Below, piece after piece: positions 37,649-50,420 of a stretch of 64,000 bases of DNA (the stretch's first letter is position 1; every line of letters begins with the position of its first letter). The DNA is taken from assembly GCF_000143415.4 (NCBI RefSeq), contig NW_003314292.1:868444-932443 (forward strand), read 5' to 3'. This DNA is from Selaginella moellendorffii (lineage: Eukaryota > Plantae > Lycopodiophyta). Under the pieces are notes generated by a model. That model saw only the letters and a program-made list of their open reading frames with translations. It ran no database searches and was not told where the DNA came from. Both the position numbers and the translations under genes were made by a program.

Positions 37649-39221
37649 ATGGCGCTTTGCCGCTTCTCTCGCGCACTCTCTTCTCTTCCAGATCGCGCAT
37701 TGCGGCAATTCGCTCCTGCGGCGCCGAGGAGATCGTTCCCCAAGACGCGCCACGGCGTGACATGGGACGATCCCTACCACTGGCTGCGAAATTCCGAGGA
37801 TCCGGCCGCCATCGCGTATCTCCAGGCTGAGAATCAGCACGCGCAGTCGACCATGGCTGGGACAAGGGAGCTCCAGTGCCAGATCCGCCAGGAAATGGCG
37901 AGCAGGATGGAGAAGGAGCTCGCATCGCCTCCAGAGCGCTGGGGGGATTGGTGAGTTCTTCCTTGCTCGTTTTGATTTTTTTTTGCCTAGCTGAGGAACT
38001 TAGAAACAATGTAGGTACTATTTCGTGCATATCCCGCAAGGGAAACAGTTTCCCATCTACTCGAGACGAAGAGCCCGCCAAGGTGGAAGGCTGAAGGCTT
38101 TCTTTACAAGTTTTTTTGACAAGAACAGTGAAGTTATGATCGACATCAATGAGCTTGCTGCCGAGCACGGTAAAGTTTTGAGGATCTTTCCTTGTTTCTC
38201 TCTTCTTCCTAATTACACAAGTGTAGGCCATGCGCAGCTTGGAGTTTTTAAGCTATCCAGAGACCACAAACTGTTAGCATACACGATCGACTTGGGTGGC
38301 AACGAGATGTTCACATTGTTTATCAAAGACTTGGAAACTGATAGCCTCCTCCTGGAGCACAAAACCGATGGTGTAGTAAGTGTGCAGTGGTCTGATACTG
38401 GAGAATATCTTTACTACACTTGTAGTGATGTGGCACAGCGACCTCACAGGTTTCTAGTTGAAGTTTCTTCTAGAATCATTTTTTCTCGATCTCGACAGGG
38501 TTTTGTTGTGGAACTTGCGATCTAAAGATGATGACATTGCAATTTATCACGACGACAATCCAAAGAACTTTGTTGATGTTACAAGAACCAAAAACTGGCA
38601 GTACGTTTTGATTAATGTCAACTCAAAGACGTCCTCTGAGGTAATTGCGTTTCACAAATGTGTTGCTCGAGCCTCTACAGGACAGATTTTTCTGGTAGAT
38701 CCGAAAACTTCAGCCACAACATTGCGGAAAGTTGCAGATAGAGTTGATGGCATCCAGTATTTCGTGGAACACCATGAAGAGCACCTGTATATTCTTACCA
38801 ATTTTTTGGGCGACAAGAAGCTAGCGTCGCTAGGAAACAACTATCGGCTTGTCCGCTGCAAGACAGATAGCTTGACCTCGAAGGCGTGGGAGGTAAGTCA
38901 ATTCTCGTTTTTTTCACAGCAAATACTGAAACACTTTAAGAGGTTGTCCCAGTCGAGAGCGAAAATTGGATAGAGGATATGGATATTTTTGCGAAGCATT
39001 TGATCTTATACAGACGACAAAATGGTCTTCCCATTGTGCATGTTTTCAACCTGGATGTAAGCATATGGTGAAAGTTTTGGTCTCACTAATCTCTTTCCTT
39101 TCAGAGCCTGAAAACTCCTCCTTGGACTGTAAACCTTCCCTCCGGGATAACAGTTCTTACTCCTGGAGCAAACTGTGACTTCAATTCGTCTACTCTACGG
39201 CTGTCGATATCTTCACTGGTG
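37649..39221 (+). CDS. Oligopeptidase B / prolyl-oligopeptidase S9A N-terminal (beta-propeller) portion with organellar transit peptide; catalytic domain absent
   Basis: HGVTWDDPYHWLR, YLQAEN, PPERWGDWYY, LSRDHKLLAYTID, NVNSKTSSEIFL, IEDMDIF, DFNSSTLRLSISSLV; no GxSxGG domain follows. Confidence 0.85.
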
Positions 39222-39266
39222 GTAAGCTCTCTTTCTTTCTTGCATTAGATGTTCGGCAATATAAAG

Positions 39267-40710
39267 ATTGGGCATGTAACGAAATCTGGAGAAATAGCGG
39301 GGCCACGTACATTGGAGCACATGGTTGATGTTTGTCTTCACTCGGAGGTAAGAGGTTTTTATCTTTGTTCGTTTGAGGTTGCCATATATTTCTTGTCTCT
39401 AGGGAGACCGTCTTTTGTCTCAACGGCTTCTAAGATCACTAAAAAATCGCTTCGCTTCTACGAAAGAGGTGACTGTCTTCCAGCACTTGCTTTTAAATTG
39501 AATCTCGCTGTTTTATCTTTAGTACAGGTCGGCGTGTTTGAGATGGTCGACAACGGTTTACGAGCGGTAGAAAATCCCAGTTTGAAGTTTCTTTCTGATA
39601 GAACTGGGGAGGACACTAATGCATCAGCCACCGTTGGGGTGGCTTTGGAAGGATCTCGGCCGCTGCTGGTTGAAATCCAGGTAAGCGACTTCTAGGATTT
39701 ACGTTGGATGATGATACTTTTAGCCAAATCTGAGCGTTGTCTGGCTGCTCTAGCTTTCCAGGTTCAACGAGAGACCGGTGGTAGATTCTTTGGAATTTCC
39801 CGAGTTTCGAGTGAGCTGGACTGCCAAGAACCTCTGACTTGCCATGATCTGACTTTAAAACCGAGAAGCGTATCTGACAACGATCAAAAGCTAAAGTTTT
39901 CTCCGGCATGAACGCGCGTTTTGCAGGTCTTATGCTCTCCTGCCACTTCACTGCCAAGTAAAAGAACGTTCACTGGAGTGGATCCATCTCGATTCAATCT
40001 GATTGTTGCCGTAAGTCACTCCATAAATATTCTCCACTTTTGTGAGGCTTGACGCTGTGATGCCAGGTCTTACTCAAACAAGCGCGCTTGAGACTTGCAA
40101 GACAGGTGCGTTCTATACTTTGTGATAGCAAAAGTTCTTATGCTGAAATACTGCTCTAGGATATTTTTGTTAATGTCGTTGGAGGCTTTCGTTTGGAAGA
40201 GCCCGCCACAGATATTGCTGTTGCCGTCGCTATTGCCAGCAGGTACTTTCTCTCGACTAGCTGGGCATACCAACTCACGAGCTTCGTCTTGCTTGCAGCT
40301 ATATAGAAAGGCCGGTTCCTCGGGACACAGTCTTCGTTGGTGAGCTAGGACTCGGGGGAGAGCTGCGCTTTGTAAGTTCTTACGTGGTTTCTCACTTTTC
40401 AATGCTGGAAGTTCCGTCCATGCAGGTAGCTCAACTCGAAAGGCGACTGTTTGAGGCATCCAAGCTGGGTTTCAAGAAATGCATCGTCCCACAGGGTGCT
40501 AAAGGAGTCAAGGTGGACGGAATGGAGCTTATTCTTTGCTCGAGCCTCAAGGACGTTCTAGAGAAAGTCTTCAACTACAAGAGCCTGCCCCAGCAGCGAA
40601 AGAGTGGAGCCACGGTTCATTTGGATGCGTTTCCGGAAGAAGACGGGGTGTGTGGTGAGGTCCAAGTCGGTCAGGACGCTCTTGACGATGATCTTGCTAA
40701 TGATAAGTAA
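39267..40710 (+). CDS. radA: C-terminal half of DNA repair protein RadA/Sms (KNRFG region plus Lon-like domain); N-terminal Zn finger and Walker A absent
   Basis: IGHVTKSGEIAGPRTLEHMVDV, KNRFASTKEVGVFEM, LEGSRPLLVEIQ, DIFVNVVGG..EPATDIAVAVAIAS, GELGLGGELR, EASKLGFKKCIVP; exons in frame. Confidence 0.9.
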
Positions 40711-41087
40711 TAAGCTTTTGCATCGTAAAATTTTAATGTCACAGGTGTACATATAATCTAGGAGCTTATACGAATTGTAAATAACCATATCGTTCCAAGG
40801 ATATAGATCTAGCAATACGATTGGTGGTCTTGATTGTTCTCTTAGCCTCAACAGGCATCACCCAGAAGAAGGGGCTGTGATTGTCTCCTACCTTGGACAG
40901 TGCTTGGAGCAATCGCGTGTGCCTTCCTCGTCGTGCAGTGGCTGCTTGGAACCAGTGGCACGTAGAGATTGAGCCACAAGAAGAAGAGTGAATCTTTCCG
41001 AGATGACCAAAGATGACTCTAAAGCAATAAAATGCTTGTTATTAATAATGTAAAATGAATTAACCTAGAAATTAATGAAAACATGAT

Positions 41088-41864
41088 TTAATTAAGATTA
41101 TTATTCCTCCAGATTATCTTCTTAAAAACTTTTTCATAAAATGTTACTATTAATTGTCCAGTATCTTCTATTTTTAAAATTGCAAATACTATGCAGTTTG
41201 AGTAAAATATATGATTTTTCCATATAATGTTATTGTTATTAACTATTATAAGTAAATGACCATCTAGTTGAAGATGAAGATAACAAAATATATTTGATCT
41301 TTCTGATATTGTAGACCATATACTTTTGATTGTTTCAATATCATCAATAACAAAATTACAATTTTCTAATTTAGCTCGAAATTTATTATTAGAAGAAATT
41401 AAACTATGACTATTTATTATAAATGTGCCATAAAAATTTAGAGGACTGTTAAGTAGTTGTGTTCAATATGGCCAACATTGTAAAAAAAAACATCAATTCT
41501 ACTATATAAAATATTAAGAGATAGATTAGGATAACCTATATCAGAATATGGCTCATGAGGATCTCTCACAGAATTTATTCCAAGTGCAATAAAATAAAAA
41601 TATAAATTATCTATATACGGTTTCAATCATTTCTAGACCATGTAATCTTGCATGATATCCTACTAATCTTAGCATTTCTAAAAAAGTTCTTCTAACACAG
41701 AAAACTGATAATTATCAGGAAGTGAAAAATTTCTAAAACCTAAAGGAGTTGTTGAAAATATGTTGATTACCAAAAAGACCAAACAGTCCAATCCATCTAG
41801 TTTGAGGTGGTTGTGCATTCGATAAATTAACAATTATAAATAATAACAAGAAACTAAATATCAT
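41088..41864 (-). pseudogene. Frameshifted AT-rich paralog of the secreted bulb-lectin gene at 3440-4312
   Basis: Signal peptide MIFSFLLLFIIVNLSNA, then stops and frameshifts; open C-terminal block LENCNFVI..IWST..CYLHLQLDGHLLI..IIWK..LKIEDTGQLIV..IIWR. Confidence 0.7.
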
Positions 41865-43188
41865 TTCAGATTTAATAAGAAGTTTTTAGAAATTTACTAT
41901 ACTAGGTAGATGAAGAAAGGTGTTTAAATGTATGTAAAGAAATTCTAGACTATGTATAAAATGATTTTTCTTAATTAAAAAATAATAACTACCTAAACTT
42001 TATTATATAATATTTAATCTATAAATCATTAAAGGCATAATTATATTTAGTTTTAAAAATTATAATAAATAATTAATTTTTTAGTATCTTAATTATATTA
42101 AATGAAATCATTAATATATTTTAATTGATAAATAAAATTTAAATTTAAAACTAGTACAAGTATTTAATTAATAAATTAATAATTATCTTCTGTGAGGTTC
42201 AGATATACAGCTATGATGCTAAATGCTATTATTAGCATAGTAGGATTCAGATTAGATTAAATAATTTAATAATTTTAGGCTTTTATATTTCATTCACTCA
42301 TTGATCCTTAAGGAGTGATTAGATTTATGTTTTCTAATTTAAATCTAACTTGTCCATCACCTAGATCTCTTTTTTTTGTAATTTTTCCATTTTGTCTCTT
42401 TTGTTTTTCTTCTTTTCATTCATTTTCATGGTAGAGTAATTTACTCCTTCTTTATAGCAGCATAATTCTATATAATATAAGAATCCTTAAACCCCAAAGT
42501 GGAGCTGAATGTGATTCATGTGGTAGTGGCCAAGGTAGAAGTCTGACGAGTGTAACACATTTGCATCAACTCGGAAAGTCAAAAACATAAGTGGAACTTT
42601 TAAAGAAGTGCTTAAGGAATAAACACGAAATCATTAGTAAGTGAGTTTCAAATAAAAGACAAAAAAATTACCAACATGTGGCAAGTGTTGTGATGTGTGA
42701 AAGACCAAGCTTGAGATAGAGTCCAAAACTGAGACCAAAATTGAGTCCAAAACTAAATTTAAAACCAAGCTCGAGTTTGAGGTGAAAGCCCAAATGATTG
42801 TTTCTCAAACCCTAAAGGGTCCTTATATAATCACCTTATATAACCTTATATAATCAAGGACAATCAAAAGTGCCCCCTTCCACCAATCTGAGTGCATAAA
42901 ATATAAAAAAGGAATATAGAAAATGTGAATATCAATTAGCTCAAAATTCTTAATTTATATATAGGTGCAAATGGTCCAGATTGAAACTAATCCCATAATT
43001 ACCAAAATCTAATTATGCTAATATTAGTATAGAACATCGTAACTGTACATTTGGATGTGGTAAAATCCTTTCCTTTCAATTTGCATTCTCCTAATCTGTG
43101 GGCTCTAGAGCTATGTTTCCAGTATGATAAAGTTTTTGCCAAATGGCCATACAGGATTGTGTTGAGATCTCTTGAGGTGGACCAAACA

Positions 43189-43214
43189 CTCTCACTCTCT
43201 CTCTCTCTCTCTCT
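43189..43214. repeat. (CT)n microsatellite
   Basis: Direct reading of the CT run. Confidence 0.8.
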
Positions 43215-43668
43215 TAAATAGGGAGATAAAATTTAAAAAAATATATTTGTGAGGTTGTGGTCAAGTATAAAAATTTTCTTTAAGGATAGCTTTCGAGATT
43301 ATTTCGTTTCCGCAAAGGGCACGCGATTTAAATTTTCAAACTAGTTCCAGTAGAACATGTTTGTATTTCTCATCCATGAAGCCGCCGCTGAGAACAAGGG
43401 CAAGGGTAGTAGAGACAGTTCCATCATGAATTTCTGGAAGGTCCTCACTTCTGATCTGCAACCCCTTCCAGATCATGCAATCTGGAGCATTCCAGTTTTT
43501 CCTGCATTGGTGGAACAAGCAATGAAGACAATATTATTAAATGGGGGATGCGGGGGTGGGGGGCGGGCAGTCAAGGATGCCCAAGAGAAATATCTCCCTC
43601 AGTACTTAACCGGCAGGTGGAGTTTTCTAAGCTGTGAAGGCTGAGATACCATGTCTCATCAACATTAG

Positions 43669-43885
43669 TGACTGGAGTCCACATTCTGATTTGCAGGCTC
43701 GTGCTCATGGGGTCAGACGAGCAAAGTAGGTATTAAAACTTGTTCCAGATGCTGTTACTCAAGTTTTTTCATTTGTCCAGGTGATGATCTATATAGGCTC
43801 CGCTAATTAGTGCTAGCGGAACTATTGAGGAGAGGATGATGCAGTTAACAAGAAGAACATGGTGGTTGAGCATCTCGTGGTATTC
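43669..43885 (+). pseudogene. Degenerate fragment of a CHD3/PICKLE-type SNF2 helicase C-terminal domain
   Basis: DWSPHSDLQA-RAH, intron, VMIY..GTIEERMMQLT..NMVVEHLVV, with frameshifts. Confidence 0.7.
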
Positions 43886-45082
43886 GCTCAAAATGCTTGG
43901 AAATGAGGGCTCATGTCTAAGTCAAGTTTCCCACAAAAGACCTCAGCATATCTTCCATGCACTTTGGGGTGTGAATGCCTGAGCTGTATAATCTAACAGT
44001 TGAAGCTTTGGCTTTGCAGTGATATGGATGTCAAGAACCGGACCTGGTAGTGGGGTAAGATGATATGATCTAGGGCTTGATGTCGTGGAGGCGTGACAAA
44101 TCACGGTTTGATCAGGGTTTTTTGGTCTACAAAGAAGATCAGATCAAATTGGTGCTTCAACAGGTGCGTGAGAACAAACAATTTGACTAGTTCATCACTG
44201 CTTTTGACCTGTTTTCTCCTGTGCACATCCTTGGCCTATCAGCACACTGAGCAAGAATTGATTGAGCAGTACTGGTGGGGATGACAATATAGGCAAAGTC
44301 TGGTAAGAACATTATGAATCTCTTGCATCAAACACTGTCACCTCTCAGCATCATTGCTACCAAACTCCATGGACCAGAACCTCCTCCAGATCAACAACGA
44401 CAACAAGCAACCCAGCAAGAGATGATAAAGTTTTTTTCTCTGTTTTTTATTTTATTTTTCATTTTTAGAATAAAATAAAGATGCTTAGTACATAAAACTT
44501 GAAAAATTATATCGATACAATGTTAGCGCAGAGGCCCTCCAAGGGTAATAAGGTCCAAGAGTGACCAGAGGTTTAAATTCAGTATTGACATGATATAACA
44601 CAAATTTGTTTTAAAACAACAAATACAAGAATTAAAATTTAAGACCACCTTAGCCATGAAATTGTCGCTCTGTCAGATGATGGCATTCCAAGATACACAT
44701 TTCTCACATGCATCTTCTGAAACTGTTCTATATGGAGTCTAAAACGCCCCTCAAAGTACCTATTCAGTGATTAGATCGATAATACTGTTGTCCAGGCATT
44801 GCAGTTGCATCATTGCCTGCTGCAAGTGCCCATTCCAGGCAAGCGCTACGAGCATGCCATTCCCTGAAACAACAGTCAGCTGCTGAATTCTGGCAAAGCA
44901 CTGCCACGCATGTTGAATGCTGCCATTCTGTCCATACATCTTTGTTGGATTGTGGAACTATGGACACTAGAGAAATGTATATTCTACATTCAATTCATAA
45001 GAAGCATGCCATACTTCATAGAATATAACAAACCAGCTCCTCTTTATTTACGTATATGAATCCATGTCAGAGGAGCATAAGC

Positions 45083-45811
45083 TTACATGATTCCATAGCT
45101 AGACATTGGGTTGAAGCCCACAGGCACAACAGCAGCACTGAAGATCTGAACCTCCTTGAGTTCACCATGAAAGTAGCGTTTGTTGTCACGGGGGTCATAA
45201 CCAATGAAGACAGGTAGGCTGGAATTGAGGTTGACTATCTTGGAGCCGTTCTGTGACTTATCAAGTTTAGAATCAACGTAGATAGACCCAACAGTGCCAT
45301 TTCGGACTGCAGCAACATGGTGCCAAGTTCCATCAGTGACTGGCACTGTTCCCTTAATGTTGAACTGGTACTCACGATTGTACACCGTAAACCATAGATT
45401 GCCATTGAGGATCCATAGCCACCACTCACCATAGATATCAGAGCGTTGCTGGATGACGCACAGTTGCTGCTTGATGTGGGGTGGGACCTTCACCCAAGCA
45501 TGAACAGCAAAATCAGTCTGCCCAGAGAGAGAGGGCGTGGTGCCCATGGAAATGTATGTTGCACCATCAAACACAATACCATCAGTTGTGTGAGCAAGTT
45601 GGGACCCGGCCTGCTTCACAAGCCCAGTTGCCTTGTTCCCAGACGAGTCTGCGACCAGGAAGCCTATCTTCTCATCCAGCTTCCACCATGCAAACAGTGA
45701 CTTAGAGATGCCCACAGCCTCATCTGATGTCGAAGAAATGGAATTCGAAGCATCCACCACAGTGGCCAGAAGAACAGCAAGAGCAAAGTAGAAAGAGAGA
45801 CGGGAAGCCAT
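45083..45811 (-). CDS. Secreted LamG-like / Concanavalin-A-like jellyroll protein, 242 aa, intronless
   Basis: Signal peptide MASRLSFYFALAVLLATVVDA; AWWKLDE..ADSSGN, FDG..YI, FAVHAWVK, DGTWHHVAAVRNG, IYVD, FIG..YFHGELKEVQIFS; TATA ~35 bp upstream. Confidence 0.85.
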   Translation of the reverse strand: MASRLSFYFALAVLLATVVDASNSISSTSDEAVGISKSLFAWWKLDEKIGFLVADSSGNKATGLVKQAGSQLAHTTDGIVFDGATYISMGTTPSLSGQTDFAVHAWVKVPPHIKQQLCVIQQRSDIYGEWWLWILNGNLWFTVYNREYQFNIKGTVPVTDGTWHHVAAVRNGTVGSIYVDSKLDKSQNGSKIVNLNSSLPVFIGYDPRDNKRYFHGELKEVQIFSAAVVPVGFNPMSSYGIM

Positions 45812-46619
45812 TGTGTTATGATTTTCACTTGCTGCTGCATTCTTATATATCCTTCTTGTGGCCACGTACTTACGGAGAACTTCAGAATGCCTTAATGCAT
45901 TAATTAACAAGGAAAACCTGAAAATTTAGAACAAACAACAGTTCATACATAGACCCTTGTGGAGTGCGTGGGAAGGTATAACAACCTATGGTCCATAATA
46001 TTGAATGTCTCAAGACTTTAGGAATTGCCTCAATTAACACGAGACATGAATATCTGGCCAGACCTCTAGAAATATTCCACGTGGCAGCTGTGCCTTATCC
46101 ATGCCACCTAGGTCAATGCCTATGTGGCAGGCAGGTTGGCTCTGAGCTGCAGGAGATGCATGTTTTGCATTGTGGCTAGTAGGTCAGACTCAGTGTTCCT
46201 CCTTATCCTTCATCTAGAAGTCTACTATGGGATTCCTGCATGGGGGATGTTGCAGCCTGACTGTACAATGATAGCATGAGGTGGTGTGGTCACAAACTAT
46301 TATCACATATGTCTTTTGTAGCAACTTGTTCCCAAGTCCATTGTCATCATCAAAACAGATATAGACAGAGGTCTATAGCTTGATTGATCCATTTGATCAA
46401 CTTGACACCACTTACTACTACCATGGGATATGTTACAATTTCACGAGTATAGAGTTTTGTTAGTGCTTCACTATATAAACTCTTTTATAGTCATGATCCA
46501 ATATTACTAATAGAGTTGAGTTTACCTTTATGATTGCTATGAGTTGCAGATGTTAAGTCATGGGATTAATATTTGATGAGCATTCTTCCACTTGTTAAGG
46601 TAGAATTTACCAAACACCT

Positions 46620-47010
46620 AGGCTATGTACAAGTGTGACAACAATAGTGTTATAACTTCTATCATCATCCACCTGCAGAGTACAAAGTGAATGACTTGGT
46701 GTTAATTCTTTTCCCTATCTTATAGTACGTGGTTTATCTAAGGGGCTTCTTGCTTAGTGGAAAGGACCATATTAGGTGTTGCGGCAAGTTAAATTGCAAG
46801 TTTATGAGATTCGACATGACGTCCACCAAGTTGATCCTCCAGAAATTGTGCATGTGCAGTGGTTGAAACAATTTGTATAAAGGGATCAGGAATAATTGGT
46901 ACCACCTACAAATCCACTGATGCCTCCTGATATTCCTCTAGATCTTAGCTCATCTATGAGAGAACCCTGATGGTCTTCTATCATTTTGAGAGGAAGGGAT
47001 GATGTGAGGT
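46620..47010 (+). mobile_element. Ty3/gypsy 3' remnant (post-integrase region and polypurine tract)
   Basis: YKVNDLVLI..WKGPY.VL..YEI..IVHVQWLKQF with stops; GAGAGGAAGGGATGA followed by TGT. Confidence 0.6.
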
Positions 47011-50000
47011 TGAAGTGATGCTGTATACTAATATTAATGTAGTGGGATTTTAATAGCTGTTGGATTGGCTTATATATATTAACTTGCTGACAACCATAGT
47101 AGAAATAGAACTTAAGACTATGGCATAAATATCATCCAACTATGGAATTTTGAAGAGCCAACTACAGCCTCATTTGCAACTAATAAATGCTCAAACCAAT
47201 CTCAAAACCATAACTTTGAACCGAAACAAGGGAATTTAAGAACTATTGCAATCTATAAAATACCATAATAATAAATGATACATTCCGTTTCTAAATCTGT
47301 CTACTAGCTAAAGACTCCATAAATATATGAGTCTCAAAGGTTGACCAAAGGGAAGACGTAGAGACAAGTCTTACTGATGGTCATATATCCAAGTCTTAGA
47401 TTATTACTTATTTTGTGTTGGCTGAAATAGTTTATAATAAGATATCCCTTGTTATCTAGCCTTTTTGCTTGGACAAAGTCTTATATACAAGGAGGTCTAT
47501 TGTTATCCAAGATTTCTTTCTTATTATTTCTCCATTTCTATTTTGACAACTATTAAAAAGTTTCCATCTAATGCTTTTTTATCCACTTTTTCTTCACTTA
47601 TCCACTAAAAGAGATGGATAAGAGTTTAACCTTAATGATGGATTGAGGATGAATAGATATAATACTAGAGTAAGGATAAATGATATAGATTGTGGAATGA
47701 GGATAAATGTAATGAGTCCAAATGAAACACTTATATCTCCAATGCAATAAGGCTAAATAAATATAATAGAGGACAAGCATAACAAACCCAAATAAAATCA
47801 GTATTTTCCTTTGAGGAGGGGATAACGAAGATGCAAAAGAGAAATAAAGTGAGTGCAACCTCTTAGATGTAATGTTGGACAAAAACAAAAGTAATAAGTC
47901 CAAGTTAATATAATTACTACTGAAGTAAGGAGTTCTTTCATTCTCTTGAGAGCATTAAAATTTTCTTTAATTTTCCCATGTCAAGTATTGTTAGGGAAAA
48001 TGCACTCAACTTGAAATTTTAGCAAAAGTTACTCCAACCCTTAAAACAAAAGCATACTCAACACCAGAAATAATCTACTAATGAAACAAAAATAAGATTT
48101 TTGGTTTCACAGATATGCTCCATATTACTTAGCTCAACATCAAATTGAGAATAAGAATCATAAGAGTCATAAATAATTGACATATTATGAAAAAGAAATG
48201 TTGCAAATGAGGAAAATATATTAGAAATCTGAAAAGATGGCATAAGCCAAGAAATAATAAAAAGGTTAGGAAAGAGAGAAAGGCAAAAAGAAATAATCAC
48301 GTGACAGATTTAAAGGTTGATACTTATTTTGTGAAATCTCTAGCTTGTCCTCACATCCATCTTTAAAACAATTAAATTCCTCATTAATGCTAGGAATCCT
48401 ACATTTCTATGTCTTTTGAAATTAATGTGTGCTTCTTTATGTATTCATAGAGGCTTGACATGAAATTAGAATGTAAATGATTTACTTGAGCTTGTATACA
48501 TCATTTTTCTATAAGCTTGATCATTAAACATCCTCTAAGAACTAAACTGCATTATCCATAATTCTCTAATTGATATCATGATCAAAATCCATGTTAGTGG
48601 GAAATAATAGGACATCAAGAACAAAAAACATTGTGTAATCATATCCTATGGAAGTTAGTATTGGCAATATATTATAGACAAACATAACATTAATATGATC
48701 ACACTTTACATGATTAAAAGCTTGATCTAACATTAGAATAGTTCTAGAGCATTCAACATCCCAATACTAAGACTAATATACAAAATGGAGCCAAATAGAG
48801 TTTGGCATTATTTCACTATATTGGTGGCCTAATAGAAGGATATAAAAATTCCACTAACTAGTATGGTATAGAGTTTGAGCTTAAATTGTAATATACATAA
48901 AGTTGGAGCCAAACTTCAATTTTGTTGCACTATAAAACAAAGCTCTAATATGCATTTATATCCCTTACAAACATTAGCTCTCCGTATTTAACTCTTGTAT
49001 GCAAAACAATATCAAACGGTGTCTAATACAATTTCAACATAACAATGGCTTAATGTGAGGAGATGGGTACCCCATTGATTAGAGCAATATGGAACTTAAG
49101 CTTATGCCCAAGCCAGATAATAAAAAGCAATATAGCCTAATGAAAGTCAAACTAATGTCTCAGATGGTCAACTATGCTTTTAACCACTCCCTATTATACA
49201 TTTAAAACCCCCTTAGCCCCCTCTCCCCCTTCCATATGAATGCATGCTTTAGGCTTTCACCTCAATCCAAGGAGTTAAGGATGTACCTAAAGGAGGAATT
49301 AACATTCTTATAATACAAAAAGATGCTTATCAACACCACCACTAGGTCAAAGCCCCAAAGCCCATTTATCCACTAAGTCCTATTAACTTCTGAGACTTCT
49401 TCACCATATAATTATACCCTTGGTTACTAAGTAAGAGGACCACTCCTTTTTGGGATTTTGGGATGACATTTCAAAACATTATAGCTTAATGCAAGTTTTA
49501 TAAATACTCTCCCCACCTTTTGCCACCAAAGTGCTTTAATCATATGGCTAAAGCAAAGTTCTGATGAGTCAAGTAAGATATCCAAATAAGCAATGCCACC
49601 CACACTTAGATTGAGAGCATTAACCATTTGATCTCCCAAAAGAGGTAGAATAACTTTTTGAATATTTCACCAAGTTATTTCACTTATTCATTCATATTCA
49701 CCTTAGCTTTGAACTCTCTAACATTTATATTATCACTTATCATATGGCATAACCTTTCTGAGTCATACTAGCCTTCCCTGGCCACACTAGTTTTTTAGAG
49801 TTATACCCTAGGATTTTAGTTTAGATCTAGCTTTTTCCATTTTCTTTCTTTTGTTCTTTCCTTTTGGGATTTTGGTTTAGATTTAGCTTTTGCATTGTCT
49901 AAATCTCCTTTTTCTTTTAGCTTTTCTTATTTCCCTTCTTTTGCTTCTTCCTTTTTCATTTATCTTCATGGCAGAGTAGTAGTTTCCTCTTCCATTAACT

Positions 50001-50012
50001 TTAGAGCAGCAA

Positions 50013-50420
50013 TTGGTGCAATTGCTTGATGCTATGCAATTGCAATTGAACAACCAAATTCAGTTGATGGTGGCATTCATAACACATGGTACAACTCCTT
50101 TTGCTCCTAGTGCTAATCCTTGCGTTCGGCTGGAGTTCTTTCATGGGAATTCTGGGGATGATGTGTACCATTCGTTTGATCACTTCACGGTGATTGCCAT
50201 ATATCATTCTTGGGATGATACTCAATGTTTGTGTGAGTTTCCCACGTGTCTCCAAGGGACGGTGCTGCAGTGGTACAATAGTTTGAGTGTAACCACTCAT
50301 GGGGATTGGAATGTTCTCCCGGACATCTTCAAATGCACATTCGGACATGCCGATGATTGTGATAATGCCTTCTAACAATTGCATTATCGTTGTCAAAGGC
50401 CATCTGAGTTAGTGATGTAA
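50013..50420 (+). mobile_element. Retrotransposon gag fragment
   Basis: FHGNSGDDV..F..IA..HSWDD..LQGTVLQWYNSL..DW..IFKCTFG, typical of gypsy gag. Confidence 0.55.

Noticed and set aside
42715-42790. Short ~12-bp degenerate tandem repeats (gagtccaaaact-like)
   Set aside because: Few, irregular units with no spacers; not CRISPR-like, probably TE or low-complexity residue
47000-49780. Possible decayed LINE in an AT-rich tract
   Set aside because: Only a faint SKRLHSLYFS resemblance to an endonuclease motif; no RT motifs seen
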